Below the pieces are notes generated by a model. The model was given only the letters and a program-made list of their open reading frames with translations, ran no database searches and was not told the origin of the DNA. From IMG/VR virus record IMGVR_UViG_3300045988_014767, positions 1 to 52,514 of that record: DNA of 52,514 nucleotides, one strand, 5' to 3'. How positions within the stretch are numbered: the first letter of the stretch is position 1; the number at the start of each line of letters is the position of its first letter. Below are positions 34,885-42,807 of the stretch, in pieces. This DNA comes from a virus. Made by a program: the position numbers and the translations under genes.

Positions 34885-35457
34885 ATGATGACAAAACAAG
34901 ATTTTGAAGCCCTTGCAAGCAAATATGGCTTGGATGTGGATTTCGTGCATCAGTTGCACGAAAAGGTTGTGGACAAGGAAAACTTCGCCCGTGCGGTGAG
35001 GATGTTTGTAAATGGCACGTTGCCATACGATGTTGCAATGGGGGATGCTCCCATCAACATTGCGGAACTTCGCCATCAGGTCGCCCAAAATCTGCTTGTG
35101 TTCCGCAAGCACAAAGCCGAAAAGGTAAGGCAAGCAATGGAACAACAACGCAAGATTGTGGATTATTACAACGGATGCCAACGGCTTGTGATGCACCATC
35201 GGGGCAAAAAGCAAATCCGGGAAATGGTTGCAATCAAGGATGGCATCATTGTGGCTTTCGGGCATTATGAACCCAACCAAGGGGGAATATATGCCGCTAA
35301 CAATCCCGTGATGCCGGATTTCCATTGGCAACCACATGATGCGTTGGCAAGACTTCGCAAGCTGGATAAGGCTTTTTATCGCAAGGTGAAAAAGGCTGCT
35401 TCCAATTCGCCCAAAGAATGGTTTGATTTTACAATAACAACAATAGCAAAACAATGA
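34885..35457 (+). CDS. Hypothetical protein (190 aa)
   Basis: Co-oriented ORF. Confidence 0.5.
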   Translation: MMTKQDFEALASKYGLDVDFVHQLHEKVVDKENFARAVRMFVNGTLPYDVAMGDAPINIAELRHQVAQNLLVFRKHKAEKVRQAMEQQRKIVDYYNGCQRLVMHHRGKKQIREMVAIKDGIIVAFGHYEPNQGGIYAANNPVMPDFHWQPHDALARLRKLDKAFYRKVKKAASNSPKEWFDFTITTIAKQ

Positions 35458-35687
35458 ATGGAACGACAATATACCACGTTTCCTTTGGCGATGATGACAA
35501 CCATTATTTCGGTTCAATAGCCGCCATCTTTGACCACTTCACACCATCCCAACTTGGTGTGTCTGCTTCCCGGTTGTGGAATTATGGTATCACGGAATCC
35601 AAGCCATACCGCAACGAAAAGGTTATCATCCGCCGTGGGGTGATACATCGCAAGAAAACGAATCGCAAGAACCCAAACACCAAATGA
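35454..35687 (+). CDS. Small basic protein (77 aa), possible DNA binder next to the iteron array
   Basis: Overlapping ATGA junction and basic C-terminus RRGVIHRKKTNRKNPNTK. Confidence 0.45.
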   Translation: MNGTTIYHVSFGDDDNHYFGSIAAIFDHFTPSQLGVSASRLWNYGITESKPYRNEKVIIRRGVIHRKKTNRKNPNTK

Positions 35688-35710
35688 AATGCACATGTAA
35701 TACAAGTGCA

Positions 35711-35848
35711 ATGCAAATGCATCGTTTCTTTATGCAATTGTATACCACTTCAATGCAAATGCATTCCAAATGAAGTGCAAATGTAACGCAAATGCATTTA
35801 GGACATTTCACATCATTGCAAATGCATCAAAATTCAATGCAAATGCAT
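35711..35848 (+). repeat. Iteron-like array: five GCAAATGCAT copies plus degenerate copies
   Basis: Copies start at 35713, 35755, 35788, 35818 and 35839, giving spacings of 42, 33, 30 and 21 nt. Confidence 0.7.
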
Positions 35849-35857
35849 CAGTTGTTT

Positions 35858-35872
35858 ATGCAATTGCATTGC
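35858..35872. promoter_or_regulatory. 15-mer ATGCAATTGCATTGC (contains the 12-bp perfect palindrome ATGCAATTGCAT), copy 1
   Basis: Exact copies also at 43949 and 45152. Confidence 0.6.
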
Positions 35873-35885
35873 TTTTGCATGACAT

Positions 35886-35939
35886 AAAGGAAATAATATA
35901 TATATACTCTATATATTTCATTTCATTACATATATAGAG
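35886..35939. other. AT-rich tract with a 10-bp perfect inverted repeat (ctctatatat / atatatagag)
   Basis: Arms at 35907..35916 and 35930..35939. Immediately follows the iterons. Confidence 0.6.
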
Positions 35940-36012
35940 AGAGGGGTAAAAACCCCTTTCGCCCCAAAAATCGGGATAAATTTCAAAGATTTGGCATTTT
36001 TCCCCCGAATTA

Positions 36013-36044
36013 TTTGCACGGTTCGTGGATTTGTTGTACTTTTG
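36013..36044 (+). promoter_or_regulatory. Promoter of the antirepressor transcript (TTTG 36013..36016, TACTTTTG 36037..36044)
   Basis: Both consensus boxes are present, with a 20-nt gap between them. Confidence 0.55.
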
Positions 36045-36048
36045 CGGT

Positions 36049-36244
36049 GCTATACATCATATCAAAGGCGGAACGCAAGAACCGCAAACAATCCGTTGGC
36101 GGTATTTTTATACCCTGACGGCAAACATATCGGCATTGTACCCCCGTGTTGAGCGTTAATGCGCCAACTGCCTTTGATGGTGTATAGCAACGGGAAAGGC
36201 AATGCCGTTTTTCTATTGCCTGAAACTTTCATAAATGCTATACA
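36049..36244 (+). ncRNA. Structured ~195-nt 5' leader of the antirepressor gene (candidate cis-regulatory RNA)
   Basis: 19-bp long-range helix 36049..36069 / 36170..36188. The 9-mer TGCTATACA occurs at 36048 and 36236, and its complement TGTATAGCA at 36181. Confidence 0.45.
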
Positions 36245-37141
36245 ATGAAAGATTCGATTAAAATTTTTGAGAATGCCCAATTCGGGCAAATCCGTACATC
36301 AGTAACGGAAAGTGGAGAACCTTTGTTTTGTCTTGCAGACTTATGTCGTGCATTAGACTTGCAACAAGTTTCAAAGGTTAGACCAAGGCTTAATCAAAAG
36401 GGGGTGCATACTATTCCCCTCCTTACAAATGGTGGAACACAACAAGCGTATTTCATCACCGAACCCAACTTGTACAAGTGCATCTTCCAAAGCCGCAAGA
36501 AAGAAGCGGAACAATTTCAAGATTGGGTGTGCGGCGAGGTACTGCCAAGCATCCGCAAGTCGGGTGGTTACATGGTTGCAAGGGTTGATGAAACGCCGGA
36601 ACAAATCATGGCGCGTGCGTTGATAGTCGCGCAAGAAACCATCAACCGCCAAAAAGCCGCCGTTGCCGCCGCTGAAAAGCGTGCCACGCTGCTTGAAGCC
36701 ACGACCAAGCAAATGACCGTGCAAATAAACGGTTTGGAAAGCCAAAACAAGGAATTGTTGCCCGGCGCAACGTTCGCCAAGGCGGTGGAAACATCCGAAC
36801 ATTCCATTTTAATCGGCGAGTTGGCACGCATCATCAAGCAAAACGGCGTTGAAATCGGGCAAAACCGCCTGTTCCAATGGTTGCGTGAAAATGGATTCCT
36901 TTGCAAAAAGGGCGAATGGTACAACCAACCCACGCAAAGGGCGATGGAAATGGGGTTGTTTGAAATCAAAAAGACGGTCATCACCAAACCATCGGGCGAT
37001 TCCCTTGTAACGACAACCACCAAAGTAACCGGGAAAGGGCAAATCTACTTCGTGAACCGATTCCTTTATGAAAAATCCAAGCGCAACGATGACAAGCCGC
37101 AAATGGGTAACGAATCAAGCAGGAAAGGGGGTGCGCAATGA
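36245..37141 (+). CDS. ant: Antirepressor (Bro-N domain plus KilAC/ANT C-terminal domain)
   Basis: IFENAQFGQIRT...EPLFCLADLCRALDL...FITEPNLYKCIFQSRKKEAEQFQDWV (Bro-N) and RLFQWLRENGFLCKKGEWYNQPTQRAMEMGLFEIK (KilAC). Confidence 0.8.
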   Translation: MKDSIKIFENAQFGQIRTSVTESGEPLFCLADLCRALDLQQVSKVRPRLNQKGVHTIPLLTNGGTQQAYFITEPNLYKCIFQSRKKEAEQFQDWVCGEVLPSIRKSGGYMVARVDETPEQIMARALIVAQETINRQKAAVAAAEKRATLLEATTKQMTVQINGLESQNKELLPGATFAKAVETSEHSILIGELARIIKQNGVEIGQNRLFQWLRENGFLCKKGEWYNQPTQRAMEMGLFEIKKTVITKPSGDSLVTTTTKVTGKGQIYFVNRFLYEKSKRNDDKPQMGNESSRKGGAQ

Positions 37142-37374
37142 AAAAGTATGTTTTGAGCGAACAAACGACACGTCTTTTGAATTGCGTGGAAAAGATGCAA
37201 AGCCTGTATTCGGATGTGTACGAATCATTGCTTGCCATATATTCAAGTGATGATGTTGATGAAATGATTGCAAACAAATTCATCGTTGAGTTTGACGCAT
37301 TGGAAAAGCGCATTGAAGCGTTTGTAATGCAGTCTATCAAGGAAAATATCAACATAACCAATAACGAAATATAA
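37138..37374 (+). CDS. Hypothetical protein (78 aa)
   Basis: ATGA-coupled to ant. Confidence 0.5.
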   Translation: MKKYVLSEQTTRLLNCVEKMQSLYSDVYESLLAIYSSDDVDEMIANKFIVEFDALEKRIEAFVMQSIKENINITNNEI

Positions 37375-37390
37375 AAATGTAGATAAATAT

Positions 37391-37421
37391 TTTGTGAATC
37401 AACGAAAAAGCATTATCTTTG
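37391..37421 (+). promoter_or_regulatory. Orphan plus-strand promoter (TTTG 37391..37394, TATCTTTG 37414..37421)
   Basis: Both boxes are present, with a 19-nt gap between them. No protein gene lies downstream before the convergent minus-strand gene. Confidence 0.5.
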
Positions 37422-37427
37422 CAGCAT

Positions 37428-37577
37428 AAAAGAATACCTTATGATGATTAGGCTTGGGATTGCAGTTCCCTTGACCCTAATTTGATAAAGGCATTCATTC
37501 GCAGAAATATAAGTGCAACTGAATCAGTTGGCGGGATTGCAGTTTCTCGGATTGATTTGGTTGTGCTTATTTTTTTG
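37428..37577 (+). ncRNA. Candidate small RNA / short transcript from the orphan promoter
   Basis: Contains the GGGATTGCAGTT direct repeat (37456, 37533), a CAACTG-AAT-CAGTTG hairpin, a terminal T7 run, and only a 14-codon ORF. Confidence 0.3.
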
Positions 37578-39102
37578 CCATCACTGCGAGTTTGTCGCTG
37601 TCTGTAATACTATGCAGACAAACAGTTCCGTCTTCAAATTCACGAACAATAATCCATGACTTTTCGCCATTTATTTTTATTTCAAATAAATGCGCCTTTG
37701 CATTTGGATTGTGTTTGTCTTTAACCCATCCTACATACTTAGATTGTTTAAGGGTTTTATTGATGTCAAGAATCAATTCGTTTTTCTCTAACATGAATTT
37801 ATGCGGTTGATTCAACCATTCCTTCACTGCACCCTTGGATATTTGTATGGATGTATTGAACATAGAAAGCGATATTGTAGTTGTTGCAATGTTTTGTGCT
37901 TGCTGTTTAATCTCCTTCCGTCTTTTCCGCATGGTTTCAAGCCTTGCCGCCACATCTGCCATAAGGCTTGATTGGATTTCATGTGTTGTCGGCATTGCAA
38001 TCTTCAACCCCTTACCAAGTTGCCCATCAACGAAATTGTCCTTGATGAAATACGGCGTGGATGCCCAACCCTTTTGCGCTTCCGTGTGGTCTTTGACCCA
38101 TGCTTTGAACCCGTCCGGCACATCGGCAACGGCGTTCTTTGCCTGTTGGTGCTTGTATGTCGTGCCGCGCAATGCCGCTTTGAGGTCGCCCAACTCATTT
38201 TCATCAAAGGTTTCTTCATCCATCAATATAGGGGTTGCGTAACACATACATTGAGGATGCCACCCCTTGAACTTGAAAGTTTTTGGGTATCTGCCAACCA
38301 ACTTTTCGCAAATGTCGCATTCGCACAACGGTTCGTGGTTGCTTCGGTGAATTTCAAAGCCAACCACAAAATCCAATGATTGCCAACGCTGCCAATCACT
38401 TTCACGATAAGCCATATTGATTTCCGACCGGGTAAGGCGCATTGCATTCTTGTAACTTGACCTATAAACGCCACGCCCCGGATGGAAAGCCCTTGCAGCC
38501 TTTGACAACACAAGGTTTCCACGTTTATCACGGACACGGCGGAAAAGGCGGTTGGGGTCAAGCAAGTTTTGCCGCACATCCCTTGAAAGTTCATCCGCGC
38601 TTCGCCCCTCTCCCAAACCTACATCAAGGGCGGATTCCAATTGCTCACGGTATTGCCCAACGTATTTCCAAATCCTTTGTGATAAATCCATGCCATCCAC
38701 CTTTCGCCCTTGGAACGCTGCCAAGGCATCCAAGTTTTGGTCTTGCATTTTCTTCAACTGCCCCTTGGACAACTTGGATGTGTCCATGATGGATGCCAAA
38801 AAGCCATCATTCTTTTGGCACGCAAACAACCATTGCTTGCGTGAACCTGTTTCAATGACGGTTTGCATATTGGATGCAAGTTGTTCCGTTATCCTCTGCA
38901 TTTCCTTTTGCACGGATGGGTACATATCAAACGAAAAGGGCTTGTCGGGGTCTATCTTGCCACGTGCTGCCGCCCTTGACACCGCCGTTGTTGCCTTGTC
39001 ATACAAGGCTTGCACGGCTTGGGCATACGCTTCGGTTGTGCGGTAATGTGCCAAATCGTATGATTGGATTGAAAATCTTGTTGTCTTTTGCCGCTTTGCC
39101 AT
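37567..39102 (-). CDS. Head morphogenesis protein (Mu F / SPP1 gp7 family) with ~150-aa C-terminal extension
   Basis: ...NAMRLTRSEINMAYRESDWQRW...HRSNHEPLCECDICEKLVGRYPKTFKFKGWHPQCMCY. Located after the portal gene. Confidence 0.75.
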   Translation of the reverse strand: MAKRQKTTRFSIQSYDLAHYRTTEAYAQAVQALYDKATTAVSRAAARGKIDPDKPFSFDMYPSVQKEMQRITEQLASNMQTVIETGSRKQWLFACQKNDGFLASIMDTSKLSKGQLKKMQDQNLDALAAFQGRKVDGMDLSQRIWKYVGQYREQLESALDVGLGEGRSADELSRDVRQNLLDPNRLFRRVRDKRGNLVLSKAARAFHPGRGVYRSSYKNAMRLTRSEINMAYRESDWQRWQSLDFVVGFEIHRSNHEPLCECDICEKLVGRYPKTFKFKGWHPQCMCYATPILMDEETFDENELGDLKAALRGTTYKHQQAKNAVADVPDGFKAWVKDHTEAQKGWASTPYFIKDNFVDGQLGKGLKIAMPTTHEIQSSLMADVAARLETMRKRRKEIKQQAQNIATTTISLSMFNTSIQISKGAVKEWLNQPHKFMLEKNELILDINKTLKQSKYVGWVKDKHNPNAKAHLFEIKINGEKSWIIVREFEDGTVCLHSITDSDKLAVMAKK

Positions 39103-39103
39103 C

Positions 39104-39319
39104 TTACTTTCTCATCTTAAAATTCTCACATTGGGCATCATTCAGGAACTTGCACCACTTGCCATATTCTGACTTTGCATCATACTTGCAACGGCACAAA
39201 ATCAAATGCCCATCAAGTGCCTTTGAATGCCAATCGTATGAATTGGCACAATCCCGGCAATGGAACTTGGGCTTTTGTGCCTGTTGCTCCGCTGCCGGGG
39301 TTCTTTTAATCCTTGCCAT
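39104..39319 (-). CDS. Cys-rich zinc-ribbon-like protein (71 aa)
   Basis: CRDC...CRC...C..C pattern. Confidence 0.5.
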   Translation of the reverse strand: MARIKRTPAAEQQAQKPKFHCRDCANSYDWHSKALDGHLILCRCKYDAKSEYGKWCKFLNDAQCENFKMRK

Positions 39320-40779
39320 TACGCATCACCCTCCAATTGAGGTTCACCAATGATGAATGAATTATCACGTTGTGATTGCTCATCCAACTTCTTCATTGTC
39401 AATTCGGGGTTTTTGGAAATGCCAACGCCAACAATTGATTCTTCTTGCGAAACAACGGGTTTATTGCCGTTGGCTGTCATCCAATAGTTCAAATCATCAA
39501 TATCGGATGTAATCATGTAAGGCACGATTTCGGGTTCAATGATGATGGTTTCACAATCCTTGGACAAAGCATCGTTCATCATGCCAATGTATGCCAAAAG
39601 CACGTTTACACGGCGTTGCAAGTAATCATCAAAGATTTCACACTTATCTTGGACTTTAAGATGTGCATCCATGAAAAGCAACTTCAAGGCAACACCCGAT
39701 ATTGCCCCCAATCCCTTAACCGCATCAAATGAAATGTCGGGGGTCTGGGTAATGGTGTAAATCAGTTTAAGCAAGGTTTCAATCTCCAACTTGACCGCTT
39801 CGGGGGCTTGCTGCCATGAAACGTATTGCATGGTTGCCCCATCTTCGCCCTCGATAACTGCACCGCTTTCGCCTTTCTGCGCCCAACCATTGATTTGCCC
39901 GGTTGTGAAAATCTTGGGGCTTGCATGGTAATCGTTGGTGTCGGCAAAGTTGGAAAGCAAGGTTTCCAATCTGTCAATCAGCTTGTCCACATCTTCCGTT
40001 TCAAACATGGGTTGATGCCCATAAATGACGGGTATTTTGCCAATGGCAACGGGCTTGGGATAACCGGGGGCGGCTTCATACCCATTTGCCCCATTAACCC
40101 AAAGCCAATGTTCCTTGTCCGTGAATGTTTCAAAGTAATCAACCGCAACATCATTGATGGTACGGGAAAAGGAACGAGAAAATGCCACCATGTCCCCGGT
40201 TTCATCAAAGTATGGATAAAGCGTATCGCCAAAAGCGGGCGAAAACAAAGCACAACGCATCTTATACTTGCTTTCAAAGCCATACTTGGCATTTGGCTTT
40301 TCGACAACAAACCAATACTCCGCACATTCCTTGTAACCAAAGATGGAACGCCCAATCTTGCGGTTCAAAGACTTTGACTTGACATCATGCAAAATGCGTT
40401 TCAAGGCATCTGCAATCATGGTTTCGTTGTCATTCATGGGCGTTGCGTTGTACAATGGTTCATTACCAAAGCAAAATGACACGGCACGTTTGATGATAAG
40501 CCTTTGCAGTGCAAGGGCGACACGTGCGACCTTGACCGTTTTATAATTCGTGCTTTCCCCATCGGTGGTAATCACCTTTTGGGCTGAATCCGCGTTATTG
40601 TCATCATTGACTTGCACACGCTTATCAGGGCGCAAGATAACATTATTGATGTCATGGTTAACGGGGTTCAACGCCTTTTCCGCACTCTCCACATCGGGTT
40701 GTGGGATGAAACGGCATGACTTCAATTCGGAAATCACATCATTTGCCGTTGCTTGCTTGAAAATTTCTTCTATTGTCAT
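39319..40779 (-). CDS. Portal protein (SPP1 gp6-like)
   Basis: 486 aa, directly after TerL and before the Mu-F-like gene. Confidence 0.75.
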   Translation of the reverse strand: MTIEEIFKQATANDVISELKSCRFIPQPDVESAEKALNPVNHDINNVILRPDKRVQVNDDNNADSAQKVITTDGESTNYKTVKVARVALALQRLIIKRAVSFCFGNEPLYNATPMNDNETMIADALKRILHDVKSKSLNRKIGRSIFGYKECAEYWFVVEKPNAKYGFESKYKMRCALFSPAFGDTLYPYFDETGDMVAFSRSFSRTINDVAVDYFETFTDKEHWLWVNGANGYEAAPGYPKPVAIGKIPVIYGHQPMFETEDVDKLIDRLETLLSNFADTNDYHASPKIFTTGQINGWAQKGESGAVIEGEDGATMQYVSWQQAPEAVKLEIETLLKLIYTITQTPDISFDAVKGLGAISGVALKLLFMDAHLKVQDKCEIFDDYLQRRVNVLLAYIGMMNDALSKDCETIIIEPEIVPYMITSDIDDLNYWMTANGNKPVVSQEESIVGVGISKNPELTMKKLDEQSQRDNSFIIGEPQLEGDA

Positions 40780-40791
40780 AAACTCAAAAAT

Positions 40792-42276
40792 TTAAGATAC
40801 ACCAAATAATGCGGCAACATTTGTGCACTTGCCGCCTTTGCGCTTTTCGATTGTCCCTGTCAAGGCATCGGGGGCATCATCATGTTCATTCTGCCCGGCT
40901 TTCAGATAACCACATATCGCCTTGGCGAACTCCGGGAAAAGATGTTTCCACCCTTGGGGCATGAATGTGAGGTTCTGAACCATTGCGGAATGCGAATAAA
41001 TGCGTGTGTCCTTGTTTTCGTGCTGTGCAAAGGATGTGAACTTGGTTTTACCATTTCCCATCAACCTGCATTGCTTTTCCACGTTGTTCTTGAACAACCG
41101 CCCGCCATTATTCGCTTCAACGATGCAATCCGCAACACCATGCTTGCAAAGCATCTTGGCAAGGGTGGGTTCTGTGTATTCAACCGGGCGTGTTGTGTAA
41201 AGCACATCCACAATGTAATTACCGATTTCGGTTTCATCATAGATGATGGCACACAAGTAATCCGCCCCGGTGTCTGCGGTGTCCACATAACAACGCCTTT
41301 TCACGTATTGCGTTGCCGGGCGAACCATGTATTCCACAAATCCGGCTTCGTACATCAAACCCGCACGTGGTTGGGGGTCTTGTTGGTAAAGTGAATCGAA
41401 CACTTGCGGATTTCTCTTTCGTATGGCTTGCAGCTTGGCAAGGTTGTGCCGTTCTGCCCAAAGGGGTTCACCCTCGTTTCGTGGGTCATACTTGGTTGGC
41501 TTGCCCTCCTTGATTGCTTGGTATATGACAACAACCCATCCATCGGGGTTGCTCTCGGCATCAAACACTCCTTGTTGGCGTAATAATGTACCTGCCAAAT
41601 CATCTTCGTGCCAACGTGTAAAGACAATCAATTGTTGCGAATCATTGTGCAAACGTGTTTCGGCAACCGTATCGTACCAATCGGACACACTTTCACGCAC
41701 GATTGGCGACCATGCCGTTTTTGCATCCTTGTATATATCATCCATAATCAGGATGTCCACGGGTTCACCTGTCAATGCACCACCCACACCAACGGTTTTG
41801 AAGCCACCGCGATGCCCCACGATTTCGCACTCATCGGCATTCCTCAACCATGAACCTGCAATGGTTGTCACATTGGACGCATTCAAGCACGTTTCGGGGA
41901 AAATGGCATGGTATTCCGGGGTGTCGATGATACGTTGGATTTCTCGGTTGAACTTGCGTGCCTTGGGTGCATTGTAGGACACAATCGCCAATCGCTTTTC
42001 GGGGTCTTGCCCCAAAAGGAATGCGGGCAATCGCCTTGTTGAACCCTCGGACTTACCATGTTGGGGCGGCATGAACACCATAAGTTTCTTGATGTCACCC
42101 TTGGCGAACTTGGTAAGACAATCATAATATCGGCGGTGGAAATCTGCCGGGCGAAATGTCGGCATCGTGGCAAGGGTGAAACGCAACAAGTTAGAACGAC
42201 TTTCACGATTAAGCCGTTCTTGCATTGCCTTGATTAAGGCTATCTTGTCCGCTCTGCTTGCCTTTGTTGCTGCCAT
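40792..42276 (-). CDS. terL: Terminase large subunit
   Basis: Walker A-like MPPQHGKSE, Walker B ILIMDD, and a C-terminal RNase-H-like nuclease part. Confidence 0.85.
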   Translation of the reverse strand: MAATKASRADKIALIKAMQERLNRESRSNLLRFTLATMPTFRPADFHRRYYDCLTKFAKGDIKKLMVFMPPQHGKSEGSTRRLPAFLLGQDPEKRLAIVSYNAPKARKFNREIQRIIDTPEYHAIFPETCLNASNVTTIAGSWLRNADECEIVGHRGGFKTVGVGGALTGEPVDILIMDDIYKDAKTAWSPIVRESVSDWYDTVAETRLHNDSQQLIVFTRWHEDDLAGTLLRQQGVFDAESNPDGWVVVIYQAIKEGKPTKYDPRNEGEPLWAERHNLAKLQAIRKRNPQVFDSLYQQDPQPRAGLMYEAGFVEYMVRPATQYVKRRCYVDTADTGADYLCAIIYDETEIGNYIVDVLYTTRPVEYTEPTLAKMLCKHGVADCIVEANNGGRLFKNNVEKQCRLMGNGKTKFTSFAQHENKDTRIYSHSAMVQNLTFMPQGWKHLFPEFAKAICGYLKAGQNEHDDAPDALTGTIEKRKGGKCTNVAALFGVS

Positions 42277-42764
42277 TATTGTAATTTCCTTGTCAGTTCC
42301 TCAATGTCCTTTGCAAGTTCTTCATCTGTCTTGGATGCAAACAAATCCTTGCCATCCTTGCCCGTTACTTCCGTTGTCTGCCTGTTCCTCCAATGTTCGG
42401 GGTCGCCATTGGTAAGGGTAAAGATGATTGCCGCCGTGTCCGCTTGGATATGCTTCTTGGTTGTCTTTTGCTCCTTGATGGTGGGTTTGCCGTTCTTGTC
42501 CGGGATGGTTGTTACTGCCGTTTCCGTTACCTCATACCCTTGTATCTTCTTCAACAAGGATTTCTTGGCTTCAATGACGAACATTTGCATCCGTTCCGCC
42601 TTGGCGTCTTCAACCGCCTTGGCAAATTCGGGGTTGTCCTCAATCCATGAATGATATGTGCGTGGGGCAATACCCACTTGGCGGCAAATTTCGGCAATGG
42701 TGTATGTGTCGGACTTGATAAGCCCAACAATCTTTTCCGTTGTTTTCTTACTGAACTTTGCCAT
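42276..42764 (-). CDS. terS: Terminase small subunit (HTH)
   Basis: N-terminal HTH (YTIAEICRQVGIAPRTYHSWIEDNPEFAKAVEDAK). Abuts terL. Confidence 0.7.
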   Translation of the reverse strand: MAKFSKKTTEKIVGLIKSDTYTIAEICRQVGIAPRTYHSWIEDNPEFAKAVEDAKAERMQMFVIEAKKSLLKKIQGYEVTETAVTTIPDKNGKPTIKEQKTTKKHIQADTAAIIFTLTNGDPEHWRNRQTTEVTGKDGKDLFASKTDEELAKDIEELTRKLQ

Positions 42765-42807
42765 TTGAAAATCTCCTTTTTTACATTGATTTTATGCAAT
42801 TTGTGCA

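Noticed and set aside
35626-35811. Cys-rich 61-aa minus-strand ORF (MKCPKCICVTF...), and 35576..35773 on the plus strand
   Set aside because: These are translations of the TGCA-rich iteron array. The periodic Cys/His content comes from the repeated word, and there is no start context.
35711-35848. Possible CRISPR array suggested by the regularly repeated GCAAATGCAT words
   Set aside because: The repeats are only 10-12 nt. Spacings are 21-42 nt and irregular. No cas genes or leader are present. The pattern fits protein-binding iterons, not CRISPR repeats.
36062-36289. 75-aa minus-strand ORF inside the antirepressor leader
   Set aside because: It is antisense to a promoter-driven leader and overlaps the ant start. 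No motif or coupling is evident, and the RNA structure explains the region better.
37441-37485. 14-codon hydrophobic ORF (MMIRLGIAVPLTLI) as a type I toxin
   Set aside because: It is too short for a TM helix-forming toxin, and no antisense partner or conservation evidence is available from sequence alone. It is mentioned only within the orphan-transcript finding.
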